The translations under genes were made by a program, and so were the position numbers. Positions 1 through 11,459 of a DNA stretch of 64,000 nt are shown in pieces. Within the stretch, counting starts at the first letter, position 1; each line of letters starts with the position of its first letter. This DNA comes from Paraspadella gotoi. Taxonomy: Eukaryota > Animalia > Chaetognatha. The notes under the pieces were generated by a model. The model had not been told where the DNA came from and ran no database searches. It worked only from the letters and a program-made list of their open reading frames with translations. The stretch covers positions 10,498,766-10,562,765 of the forward strand of contig CM119270.1 of assembly GCA_051294375.1 (NCBI GenBank). Reading direction: 5' to 3'.

Positions 1-259
1 ATATATCAAAAGCGACCCGTTTTGGCTTAAATTCTTAATTAAATGAGTTTTTTGGTTTAACGATGAGGCTAAAAGTTAGGAATTATGTTAGCGATTATGT
101 TAGGGAATTAAGGTTAGAGATTACTCCTAGGGGATAGGCTTAGGTTAGGAATTACTATTAGAGATTTGAATTAAAAATTTATTAAAACTTTAGGGTAAGT
201 GATAAAGAGATTTTTTCCCTTTGATTATGTTGCCGGTAAAAGAGTTTACTCCTTCACAG

Positions 260-304
260 ACACGGATTGTAAAGACTATTTTCGGTGCTGCGTCGGACCG
301 AACG
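260..304 (+). CDS. Internal coding exon of Cys-rich protein gene (xTDCKDYFRCCVGPN); gene start lies upstream of window
   Basis: ccttcacag acceptor, G|gtgagc donor, 45 nt, phase 1-1, DxDC-x5-CC-like motif; phase-compatible with exon at 3131. Confidence 0.65.
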
Positions 305-1217
305 GTGAGCCTATCAACAGTGTGTTGTTGTTGGAGTATAACAAAATAAAATTAATTATATCTTCGTGTTAATAAACGAGGAAATCAATTACTTTTACTT
401 GTTTACATATTTGTCGTTTCTTTCTGAAATAAAAATATTTGATGTTAAAATATCGTAAGGTGGACGTAAGGTTAAAATGGATGCGACAGAGCCGAGATTC
501 GAGATGGCACGGCGACACGGCGCCGCGACGCTGAGTCTTTATTAAAAACACTTAGTTTCGCCGATGAAAACACTTTGTTTTGCCGTGGTTAGCTCAGTTT
601 TTATTTCTCAGTAGTGTTTTTTTTCTAGCGAGCTTTTCTATGAAAATTTGCAAATTACTTGTTTCACTATTTTCTATTTTTATATTTTATGAAGGATTTA
701 GTATTTAATCTTATTATTTAATCTTTTTAAGAATTCTTTTATCCCCGGGGTCGTGATTTAACTAGCTTTGCTAATTTAGCATTGTACCTGAAACAAATAG
801 AGAGAAAAGTACATTAGTACACTTAATTTTATTATTAACTACTTTTAAATGACAGTTCTCTATACTCCATCACACAGTAACTGCTGTAGTGTGAGCCTTC
901 ATCATGATAGAGTGCTGAAATTTTTATTGCATCATCCTTAGAAGGTAGGGCAACTAATAAGATCTTTTGGACGTGGATTGGCTCACTAGGATTCAGTCAA
1001 TTAACGAAAATGTGCCCAAGGTGTGCTTTTTTAACCTTTAGGCGAGGGTAGCACTAAGGGTGTTGCACCAATTTTGAAAAAAAGTAGTACAATCTTATTT
1101 TTTTACCTCCCAACATATTTTCCTAGATGTGAATTAATATCTGAAAACTTTTCAAATTTGGGTGAAACACCCTAGCGCTCCAGGCCTTTCCCGTCAGGCG
1201 CTCCAGGCCAAGGACCC

Positions 1218-1355
1218 TTTATTTTTCTGACTATTGTCAGAGTTTTTAACCACCTTTTTATTTTTCTGACTATTGTCAAATTTTTTAACCACCTTCTCAT
1301 TTTTCTGACTATTGTCAGAGTTTCTAACCACCTTTTTATTTTTCTGACTATTGTA
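1218..1355. repeat. 39-bp minisatellite (~3.5 units)
   Basis: Repeated ttttatttttctgactattgtcagagtttttaaccacct; explains repetitive ORF 1172-1375. Confidence 0.9.
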
Positions 1356-1515
1356 AGATGGAGTCTAGCTTTCAAGGAGGGACGTATGTGACTCCCCTGA
1401 TGCTCTGAACGCTCTTGCTTTTATAGCCCTCAATTTGGTCACGTGACTAGATGAAGATCTTGCTTTCTTATATTTTGCTTTCTTAAAGAGCCAAAATTTT
1501 GCTTTCTAATTTGTT

Positions 1516-2095
1516 AAAATTATGCCCAAATAAGGAAATATTTAGCTTTTCCCAAAGCTAACATGCCTCTAAAATGCCCAAATAAGGTAATAGCTAGCTT
1601 TTCCAAAAGCTAACACCCTTTAAAAATGCCCAAATAAGGTAATATCTAGCTTTTCCCAAAGCTAACACGCTTTTAAAATACCCAAATAAGGTAATGTATA
1701 GCTTTTCCCAAAGCTAACACGCCTTTAAAATGCCCAAATAAGGAAATGTCTAGCTTTTCCATAAGCTAACACGCTTTTAAATTGCCCAAATAAGGAAATG
1801 TTTAGCTTTCCCTAAAGCTATATTTTGCTTTCCCAAAAGCTAACTTTTTGCTTTGAAGATACCCAAATAAAATGTTTAGCTCTCCCTAAAGCTAGATTTT
1901 GCTTTCCCAAAAGCTAATTTTGCTTTTCCAAAAGCTACTGTTGTTTTTAAAATTTCCTAATAAGGTCAATTTTGGCTTATTTAAAAGCTAATATGCGCAA
2001 CTAAAATGCCCAAATAAGGCAATCGTTTGCTTTTGCAAAAGCTATTGCTTTTTAATCATAACAAAATAAGGAAGTTTTTAGCTTTTCCAAAAGCA
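1516..2095. repeat. ~52-bp minisatellite, degenerating 3'
   Basis: Repeated aaaatgcccaaataaggtaatatctagcttttcccaaagctaacacgc; internal tagcttt/aaagcta inverted repeat. Confidence 0.9.
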
Positions 2096-2474
2096 AGCAA
2101 ATAATTAATAGTGATTTATAAATAGCAAGAAAATTATTACTTAATGTAAATATTTTAACGTATTATATATTTTAATCTTTTCTACGCTAATAATTGATCT
2201 ATTTAAAATAAAAAAGTCGTCCCCTACTTTTTTATTACACTCTCTGTCAGATGAAACTGGAGATTGCCTCGAGAGCTGTAAGGAATGTGAAGATACATAT
2301 TCACAAGCCGGGGCAGGAGGTTTGTCAATTTACTTGCATCTCCAATAACGAGTAGTGAAAGTTGCAGATCAAAATTCGAATAGTTCATGAGCAGTTTTGT
2401 ACTAAAGAACATTGATATATGAAAAAAAATGATTTGAAATTCATTAATTTTCGCATACGCTCTTATTTATACAT

Positions 2475-2731
2475 TATGGCAACAGGAGGATTGCCTGTGA
2501 TACCCGGGGCGCGGGGTATCTCACCAACTGGCGTAGGGGCTGCGGACCCTCAGTGACCGCCTCCTATCACTGGCATGTTTATACCGGCACCGTCACATTT
2601 AAGCCAGAACCGGGATACCCAGGGATTGAACCCAGGACGCTCGGATGGAATGAGATGATTTAGCCTGCTCAGCCATTGAGACGAGGCTGAGGATGGACAG
2701 CAGTGAGGCAGCTTTAAGTCTTGCTGCCACA
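2475..2731 (-). mobile_element. Short solo-LTR-like element with internal tRNA-like Pol III cassette (Helenus-like TRIM)
   Basis: ACAT TSD at 2471-2474 and 2732-2735; imperfect terminal IR (tatggcaacagga / tcttgctgccaca); minus-strand A box tggctgagcagg and B box gggttcaatccc. Confidence 0.7.
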
Positions 2732-2748
2732 ACATAGTATTTAACATA

Positions 2749-3025
2749 GAAAATGTCAAAGTTTAAAAATAGTTTTTTTTTAAAGCAGATTCGAATTCCT
2801 CATAAAAAGTTGATTAAAGAAAATATAAGTCTTAATCAAAAATTCGTTCATTAAGTTAGCTAAAAATTAAAAAAACTATAATTTTTATACTAAAATTAAA
2901 TTATAGGTTAACTATAATAGTTTTTTAGGATTTTGACCCACTTAATGAAAGTAATTTTCTAAAAAGAGTTATATTTCCTTCTATCTACTTTTTGTAAGGA
3001 AATCGAATCAAATTTTAACATTTTC
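2749..3025. mobile_element. Palindromic AT-rich MITE/foldback element
   Basis: Long imperfect inverted arms (gattcgaattcct..aaaaagttga vs ctactttttgtaaggaaatcgaatc); related to 7965-8270. Confidence 0.65.
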
Positions 3026-3130
3026 TTTGGTGAGTACTATGGCCGAAATTAGTTATTCTTCCAAACTTATGTGGTGCTACTCGCCCCATTACTTCTCGAA
3101 ATAAATGTGTAAATCACCGTCCCATCACAG

Positions 3131-3259
3131 ACCCGATTTGCAACGAATTGACGAAGAACTGCGACAGCAACGAGAGATGTCGCGATCTGACGCGACTCAA
3201 GAAGAAAATCGACGGAAAAGTCGCCGACTTTAAAAGCTGCTGCTTCGCCGAAAAGAAGC
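3131..3259 (+). CDS. Coding exon of Cys-rich protein (PICNELTKNCDSNERCRDLTRLKKKIDGKVADFKSCCFAEKK)
   Basis: cccatcacag acceptor, C|gtgagt donor, 129 nt, phase 1-1, open frame with C-x6-C-x5-C-x19-CC. Confidence 0.85.
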
Positions 3260-3458
3260 GTGAGTTGGGGGGAGTGGAGAGTGTCAGAGTGAAGGATGTT
3301 CAGAGAGCAATGTGAAAAAGAAAAAACAAGCGAAGCTCCTCGGAGGTTGAAAAAGTGCTGTCGAAAACCTGGTTTGGATTGATTGTTGTATTACTATCTA
3401 CCTCAGCTTATTTCAAGAGTATATCATAACCTACCCTCCTGCTCCCCCTCCCTCGCAG

Positions 3459-3680
3459 ACGACCGGGCCGGCTTCTGTACGAATGACTGTCAGTCGGGCT
3501 GCAAGGCCATGGCGGGTAAAGGAAAGAAGTTCGCTCGCGCACGGTGCAATCACGATCTCGAGTGGCCAGACTTGTGCAAGACCAACGCATACTGCAGAGG
3601 AGTTAAAAAGTGGCAGGGATTCGACGTCTCCTATCAAGGATGTTGCGTCAAGTTTCCCAAGAATAAGGCTGAGAAGAGCC
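3459..3680 (+). CDS. Coding exon of Cys-rich protein (DRAGFCTNDCQSGC...GCCVKFPKNKAEKS)
   Basis: ctccctcgcag acceptor, C|gtgagt donor, 222 nt, phase 1-1; core of ORF 3383-3772. Confidence 0.88.
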
Positions 3681-3906
3681 GTGAGTCTGGCTTGGGGGGG
3701 TTGATTGATTCGGTCTGCTTGGTTTTGATTTCAAGAGTAAGTTCTTTGAAAGTGTTGGAGTGCAACGCATAATAAAATATTTATATTTTTAAATTCGAAC
3801 CTTGGAATTATATTATTTCGTCATTTTATATATTCAAACAGCCCCTAGAATTTCTGCGTTTGAAAAAAAATATCTTTAATTATGAACTAATATTTATATC
3901 TTTTAG

Positions 3907-3982
3907 CTTACGTGGCGGAATGCACAAAAAACTGCGTCGATTGCCAAGAGCAGATAGACGAATTTTACAGTTTCAGATGCGG
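3907..3982 (+). CDS. Coding exon of Cys-rich protein (YVAECTKNCVDCQEQIDEFYSFRC)
   Basis: atcttttag acceptor, GG|gtgagt donor, phase 1 to 2; CTKNCVDC parallels CTNDCQSGC of previous exon. Confidence 0.85.
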
Positions 3983-3988
3983 GTGAGT

Positions 3989-4090
<102 letters not shown>

Positions 4091-4136
4091 GACATGCATC
4101 ACACAACCCTCCCATCTTTGCTCCAACCATGCCTAG

Positions 4137-4407
4137 CGGCCGAAACGCTCCCCTCGCCACGACGGCGGCGCCCCCTCATAGTGGTGCTCCTCCCAACGCC
4201 CATTCCCGCGTCTTCATCGTCGTCGGCGTCGTCGTCGGCGTCCTCGTCTCGTTCCTCCTAGAGGGCCTCGGCGAATTCGGTGACGTTGGCGTCGTCATGG
4301 AGTCGTGGTTCTTCGTCTCCTTCGTCCTCACGGCGGAGTTGGTCACGATATTGAAGGGGACAGAGATGAGAAGAGACGGAAGAGACGTCAGCCACTGGTT
4401 GAGCTAA
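4137..4407 (+). CDS. Probable last coding exon: Thr/Pro/Ala stalk plus hydrophobic segment VFIVVGVVVGVLVSFLL (TM or GPI-like)
   Basis: gcctag acceptor gives phase 2, matching the previous exon and entering the frame of ORF 4129-4407; 3' end less certain. Confidence 0.65.
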
Positions 4408-5444
4408 AGGTTTCGTCTTTGTTTTTTTTTACAGCTGTTTCCTTTTTTGATTTTTGGTTTTTTTTCTGTGATAAACTTGTTTCGTTAATTAAAAAAGATT
4501 TTGAATATGGCGATATAATCTTTAGTATATTACATGGATTTCAAATGAAATGAAATAATTCGTTACGTTTTTTATATTCCAACTCCCAGTAATCCTGTTT
4601 GCTTACTTTCTTAATTATGTGCATGGTCAAATTTCGAAAAAGCTAATTTTTGGCATTTGAATAGGACATTCCTGTTATAAGATATATTTTTATGAACAAA
4701 AATGAAATGTTTGAAAATTTTGGTTCATCTTACAAATATAGACATTAAAGTATTTTTCTGAGCAATCAGAATGTCAAAAACTTTTTCGCAGCCACAATGA
4801 CAGCCTTTTCCATTTGATAGTTTTTTCTAGTTAAAACTTATAGAAAATAACATTGATCTGGCAAGCGGCTCACGAAACCTTGAAATATATTAATGAAATC
4901 TTTTTGCATGCACCCTAGACATTTTACTAACTAAGTAACTAACTGAGTTTGAAATTTAATTATCAAATAAGATGGAAAAAATTCTGCAAAAAAAACTCCT
5001 GGAAAGCAAGCGCACAGTTGTTATGATCTAAAGTATTCTCAATTTGTTATATAGGAACATAAACGTCAGGAATTTTCTAACTAATAAAATGATCAAATAT
5101 CAATCAAATTGACTCAGTTAAGAGTAATAACAAATCTTTTCATTTCACTCCGATTTGAAATCCGTGTAAATTTAATTTTAGAGTTGGAAAGCAGAAAATT
5201 GATCGTAAAGTTAGAAAATTTATAAAATCTCACCGGTTTTTTTTTTTCACCTTAAGTTTGCTTATGGGGGTAAAACATCTCTCATTCAGAATAGTCAATT
5301 TTAGGAGAAGGAATGAGAGAAAAAGAGGAGATCGAGAGAGTTGGATCACCCAAATCGGGAACAATCTTCCGAAGATCTTGTTCTTTACCATTTGCTTCCC
5401 TAATTTCTTTTTGTTCTCGGTTATTCACGATGGCTAATTCGAGG

Positions 5445-5576
<132 letters not shown>

Positions 5577-6561
5577 CAGAGTCGTAGAATGTGTCTCCGC
5601 TCCATCGACTTCATGAATGCGCTCTTCGAACGAACGAGTTCGTAGAATGAATTCAATGAATGAATTTAATGAATGAATTTCGCGAGCGAATGAATTCGAC
5701 CGGAAGCGAATCGGGCGACGCCACGTCGAACGGAAACAAAAGAAATTAAAAAACAAAAAAACAGTCGAGAGAAGAGAATCTTTTGTCTCGAATCGAAACG
5801 AGAGAGATTTTATGAGTTTTTTTCCCTCCCTTCTTTTCTTTCTCTCTTTCTGAATTTTAGAATAAAGTCTTCTCTAAAAAAAAAGAAATGCTCTTATCTG
5901 GTTTTATTACGTATGCAGAAAGAAAGTAAATTTTTACACCTTTACATATTTTAACTATCCTGGAATTATCTGATAATTTTACCAATACAAATACCAGAGT
6001 GAAAATAAATGCTCAGGAATACCGAATAGATATAGCGAAATGAAATAAAGTGCAAAAAAGCAGCTGAAAAAGCAGAGCGACGGAAAGCGTAAATGAAAAA
6101 CGGGGGGACAGTGAGGGGGGGGGGTTAATGATCCCAAAGGGGTCGACCGAGACGATAGCGGAATTACCGAAGGCCCCTAACGTCGCTAATGGATGCCCTT
6201 CTTCCCGCTCTTCTTAGTCATTCTTATGAAAAGGAGACGAAATTAGGGAAGAAAAGAAGAAGAAAAGCAAAGAAAATTAAAGATATAATTAACAAGTTTG
6301 AGCAAACAGTGTCGGACCTCCCTACGATAATTAAGCGGTATTTAGATAATTAGATGATAAATCACGATAATTATTTCAATTTTTGATCCTAACTGATCAT
6401 AACAGATCATACCAAACCAATCCAATGGCTGCGCCAATACATGTAAATCGCTTGCAGGGGATTAATATGAACTGTTACTATGGTACAAACAAATATTTTT
6501 TTTAACTATAATTATTTTTTAAACTTGCGTCATTTTTTTCACTTGCATCATTTTCTTAACT

Positions 6562-7076
6562 TGTCTGGTGGTCCTATCACCACAGATGGATTAAAGCTGT
6601 TTCTTTCGCAGCGCCTCAGTGGCTCAGTGGACTAATACACCTGGTTCGAGCCCTGAGGTTGTCATGTAGAAAGTGGGATGGACCGGGTAACCCGCCTGTA
6701 GGCATGGGCCTACTGCCAGATCCAAAGCTCTGGACTACATGAACATGCTGTGTAGTCGGGCATTGCCTAAGTTCACCCCGCCTATAAGCATGGCTCTTTC
6801 AGTTGTGACCCGGTGGCTCATTGAGTAAAGCCATCAGCTCATGACCACTAGGTACCGGGTTCAATCCCAACCCGGTACTTACCCTGTGGGAAGAGTGAGG
6901 ACGGCCGTAAGCCGCCTTGGGGGCGTGGCAAACCCTCAAGCCTGGTACCAAGCCCAGGACCCGTTCCATGTCTACTAGAGAGGGTTATAGAAATTAGGGA
7001 TTAGTCACCTTCTGCCCACTTAGCGCCTTATCCACAACTGACACCGCAGCGGGTGTGGCGCTCGTAAAACCAACCT
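6562..7076 (+). mobile_element. Older tRNA-cassette element (outer layer of nested insertion)
   Basis: A box tggctcagtgg and B box ggttcgagcc at ~6620-6651; shares ttaaagctg..ctca(g/a)tggct leader with the 2475-2731 element; interrupts a minisatellite of the host element. Confidence 0.5.
6751..7036 (+). mobile_element. Solo-LTR-like element with tRNA-like cassette (Helenus-like), copy 1
   Basis: TGTAGTC...TCCACA ends, gctg/actg flanks (1-mismatch TSD), tRNA-like gacccggtggctcattgag...ctcatga...gggttcaatccc; close match to 63637-63917. Confidence 0.8.
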
Positions 7077-7964
7077 CTTCACTTGCATCATTTTTTAAAC
7101 TTACATCATTTTTTGGAATTGTATCATGATATTTTCATTAATTAATTAAGTAATGAAAATATTTATGAGTAAGCATAAGATAAGTAATTAAAAATCAAGT
7201 CAACTTGACTTTGGTTTTTTTCTTCCAACTCATTTCCACTCCTCGTCCCATCAAAACTTTATATTCTATCCATCCAATTATGATTAATTCGAGTAATTAT
7301 TGGTTAAAATTAGTATAAAGATTCATGTAAATTTGACTTATATTTTTTTCTTTTAAACTCGTTTCTCTTGCGCGGATTCCATTGAAACTTTATATCCAGC
7401 TTCGTCACACACTTCCAACCATACACAAAATTTCATACCAATCCATCCATCCAATCACGAGTAATTGCAAGATTTTGCTAAGGGGGGACGGACTCTGAGA
7501 CAGACAAACAGCAGCAGACAGACAGACACAGACAGACAGAGGAACGGAGGGACGGATGGACGGACGTACATCATTTTTTTGCATAATTTATCATAATTCG
7601 ATATTCTGATACGATAAAAATGATTTACCGACAAGATTTTGGGGTGGGACAGACGGACCGATAAATAATTAAGAAAAACCGAGGTGAATAAAAAAATTAC
7701 AAAAATTTAAAAAAGAATAGGAAAAAATGAATAGAAAAATTTTCGAATAAGCGTATGGAAAACAAAATTAGAGTATCATTTTGTTACCAGCCTCCAACCA
7801 TTAATGGCCGTTGCGCATTAGGGTGAAGTGAAAGTTTGGAATAAAAATTTAGTAGTTATATCTTGAAAACTATCATATTAGTGATTATTAATCTGTAGTT
7901 ATTTTTTATTTTTTACAAATATGTAGCCCAGTCAGCTTATTTTGATTATAGTACTACCCTTATA

Positions 7965-8270
7965 TAATGTCAAAATTTCAAAAATGGTTTTATTTTTAAT
8001 TCTGAGAACAGATTCAGATTTCTTGTGAAAAGTTGAAAAAAAATATAAACCTTTTATAAAAATAATGTCATTAAGTAGGTTAAAATTCCAAAAAACTATA
8101 TTTTTAAACTGGAAATTAAAAATCAGTATCTTAAATATAGTTTTTTACATTTTTGAACAAATTAATGAAAAAAATTTTAAAAAAGAATTATACTTTCTTT
8201 TATAAACTTTTTACAAGGAATCCAAATCCGATCTTGAAATTTAAAAATTTGTATTTCGAAATTTTAGCTA
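7965..8270. mobile_element. Palindromic MITE, same family as 2749-3025
   Basis: Imperfect inverted arms gattcagatttcttgtgaaaagtt / aactttttacaaggaatccaaatc. Confidence 0.6.
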
Positions 8271-8567
8271 TTATATATGTAGAAATGATTTTTAAATAAC
8301 ATTCATTTTGCCTCTCAATCAGAGTTGATGATTGTCCTATCTCTGGTTACTAAAAATTCCCCCATAGCACGCGTCATGCTGCTCTGTTCTTACTTACTTA
8401 GCAACAACTATCTTAATGGTTATAAGAAATAATTAGCTATAAAAATTGTCTAGTGCACAAAGATTGATGCTATAGCACATCAATCCTGGTCCCTGATTAG
8501 TTAATTTTAAATTTGATAGCTACCTCTAGTTTCTGATTGGTTCTTTACTAATATAAAAAGGGACATT

Positions 8568-9192
8568 TTTTATGAAATTGGTACAACCAATATAAAAATT
8601 ATCCATTCATTTAATAAAAATAAGCTATCTTGCCCTGACTTTGGACAGGCTTTGGTGGTTTAAGGCCTCCATCACTCTTTACAAGATAATGACATAGCAG
8701 GTCCTGCAAGCTATCAATCAAGACTCTCTCACAGTCTCGTTTAGTCACTCCCAGAGTACCTGGCTTCCCTATCAATGAAGTGGAAAATATTTCAAAGAAT
8801 GTTTCAATTGTATGAAAAGACCACTCCCTTAAGTATTAGATCGGGAATACTTATTGTACTCCGCACTAGCATCAAATACAAGGAGCTGAATTTTATGAAA
8901 TTGGTACAACCAATATAAAAATTATCCATTCATTTAATAAAATAAGCTTATCTTGCCCCTGACTTTGGACAGGCTTTGGTGGTTTAAGGCCTCCATCACT
9001 CTTACAAGATAATGACATAGCAGGTCCCTGCAAGCTTTCAATCAAGACTCTCTCACAGTCTCGTTTAGTCACTCCCAGAGTACCTGGCTTCCCTATCAAT
9101 GAAGTGGAAAATATTTCAAAGAATGTTTCAATTGTATGAAAAGACCACTCCTTAAGTATTAGATCGGGAATACTTATTGTACTCCGCACTAG
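8568..9192. mobile_element. Tandem dimer of ~320-bp dispersed element
   Basis: Two near-identical units both starting ttttatgaaattggtacaacc (8568, 8891); other copies at 22190, 52245, 56704. Confidence 0.85.
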
Positions 9193-11117
9193 GGCGTTCC
9201 AAGGACCATAAGAGGTAAAAACACTGTTTGATTATTTTGTGATTTTTATTTAAATAAAGTAATAATTTTCTATTCCTTTTAGCTTTAAGCTGACCATTTG
9301 CTACCAAAGTTTTTATATCCAACTGCCCACTGTCATAAAGTACTCAAATAAAAAGATGTCTGCTTAATCCAAGGTCTTGATTATTTAATCTTATTGAAAA
9401 TTCAAGGAATGCTCTAACTAACCCAAACAATATAGTTATTACTATATATAAATATAGCTCACTGGTGCCCACTATTGTATAAAATTAAAAAAATAAATTT
9501 ACCAAAGAATTTTTATTTATTTTTATTTTTATGTTTATATGCTAAATTTTAAGTTTCTAAAACTTCATTATTTCCACATCACTCTATTGGTATGATTGCC
9601 CATCTTGGTGTCCATTGGTCGGAGAGACGAGAAGAAGATGTGAAACAAGACGACGATGCGGAGGAGAAAAAGAAGACGAGGAGGAAGAAGAAACGAAGAT
9701 GACTAAGAGGTGGAAGAGGAAGAGGAGCGTTTCCAACTCCCGCTTCCATCATCATCGAAATCCTCGGGGTTTCGTAGGATTTCGAGTCCATTGGTTTTGC
9801 GTCGGCCACGCCCCCTTCGACCCGCCCACTTCCGGTTTCGGGCAGAGACGCTCACATCCGGGTTATGAGGAGGAGGCGAAAAGAAAATCATCCGATGGCA
9901 TTCGAGGGTTAAATCACAACTGAGAAGGAGTCTCTAATGTTTCGCTCTTTTTTAAGTCTTAATCGATATGAAACGCGGCTTAAAGTCCTGATTGCAGAGA
10001 CGAAAATAAGATGTAAGATTGTAAGATTGTAAGATCACTCAGATTTTCCGTTCCAAACTCTATCATGATAAGTTTTCTCCACAACTCCAAAATCTCCCCC
10101 GTCGCCAACGCCTCCTTAAATACCCCCTTCTAGTCTTCCCTTCCCCGTCTGGAACGCCCACTTCCCTTAACGACACGACACCGATGCTCCTTTCTTGTTT
10201 ACAAGAGACGACGTCGTTCACATTCGTTTTTGTGTCATTATTACCTTTGATTTGTCATTTCTATGTCATTTGTCAATTTCCTTTGACAGTTTTGCAATTT
10301 CTTACACTTTTAATTATCTTAGCTTTTTTCCGTATAAGTATTATAATATATATAGTATATATATTCAAAAATTACGTGTGCAATAAATCATAAAATCTTA
10401 GCCTACAAGAGTTACAAGTATTTTCGTTACATTTTTTATTGATTATTGTTGAGCTGTTTGGATGAGTGCACGCTGCACAGTGTAACGACGATTTCATATC
10501 CTGCAAAATGTATTTTAGCGAAATATTGCAGTTTTTGTTTGACCACGTGATATATATAGCTGTTGTTATCTCATTAATAATATTTATAATAATATTTCTT
10601 AATACTAGTATCTTTTGTTTTACTTATCTGCCTCTATTAAATAAAAGAACAACGTTGTTAAAGAAGAGAAGTTAACAAGGTAAATAAAAAAGCCGGCATC
10701 AATTCAATTAGATCTTGAGCCTGTGACTAAAGGGTACTTTTTTTCTCTGTGTCCTTGTTTTTTAATCTGATTATAAATTCTGATGAATTTATCAGATCCT
10801 AATTGTTCTTATTTCTCAATAAACATTAGTAAGCATTTATTACTAAATTCGGCAACCTGCCTTTTATCCACATATAACCTTACGGAGTCTCACTTTACTG
10901 ACCCAGAAAACAACTTTCACCGTTTTGTTCTCAGTCGAATCCTCCTCTTATCCCCGTGAAATCCCGCATCTATCACCGCCCTCTCCATTCGTCCGCGAGA
11001 CTAGCGACGATGACGAAGACGACAACGAAAATGGCGGCGTCGGCGGCAGAGGGGGCGGTGGCGGGGTTGGCTGCGTCGGCTGCGTCAGCGGCGTCGGCGA
11101 GAGCGGTGGCGACTTAC

Positions 11118-11180
11118 CGAGCTGATGGACACGGGTTGATGACTCCAGAAATTGGAATATAGCGTAACAAGAATGGGGAT
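11118..11180 (-). other. Candidate 63-nt exon on minus strand
   Basis: Minus strand: ctaac branch, (CT)n tract, caag acceptor, G|gtaagt donor; all three frames open; no partner exon found. Confidence 0.3.
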
Positions 11181-11266
11181 CTTGAGAGAGAGAGAGAGAG
11201 AGTAGGTTAGCGTGTGAGTAGAGAGAGAGAGAGAGAGAGAAGAGAGAAGAGAGAGAGAAAAAAGAG

Positions 11267-11307
<41 letters not shown>

Positions 11308-11459
11308 GTAAAGAAGAAGAGAGAGAGAGAGAGGTTAGTAGATAGCGTAAGTTTAACCGGTGGCTGGTCGTCATTCAATGAGGAAATATTTTTAGGTTAT
11401 GGTTAGCATTGGAGGGAGTAAATTAATTTTCTTTAAATAATAAATAATTTTTATTAATG

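Larger units (their letters stand above)
6290..7665 (+). mobile_element. Non-autonomous Helentron/DINE-1-like element interrupted by tRNA-bearing inserts
   Basis: 5' end aacaagtttgagcaaacagtgtcggacc recurs at 40863, 32539 and (minus) ~27025; 3' part has gacagacagacggacgg microsatellite and gacggaccga subterminal IR shared with 26070-26790; central ~18-bp repeats acttgcatcatttt. Confidence 0.65.

Noticed and set aside
75-200. TTAGG-like words (also 28190-28240) as telomeric repeats
   Set aside because: Scattered and degenerate, no regular array
1218-2095. CRISPR-like repeat arrays
   Set aside because: Units are contiguous tandem copies without unique spacers; eukaryotic context; no cas genes
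3380-3406. let-7-family seed TGAGGTAG on minus strand
   Set aside because: No convincing complementary arm for a precursor hairpin
6807-6880. Functional tRNA-Met gene
   Set aside because: Acceptor, anticodon and T stems pair poorly, and the block lies within a repeated TSD-flanked element
8893-9189. 98-aa ORF in the 320-bp element
   Set aside because: Frame not preserved in other copies; no recognisable motif
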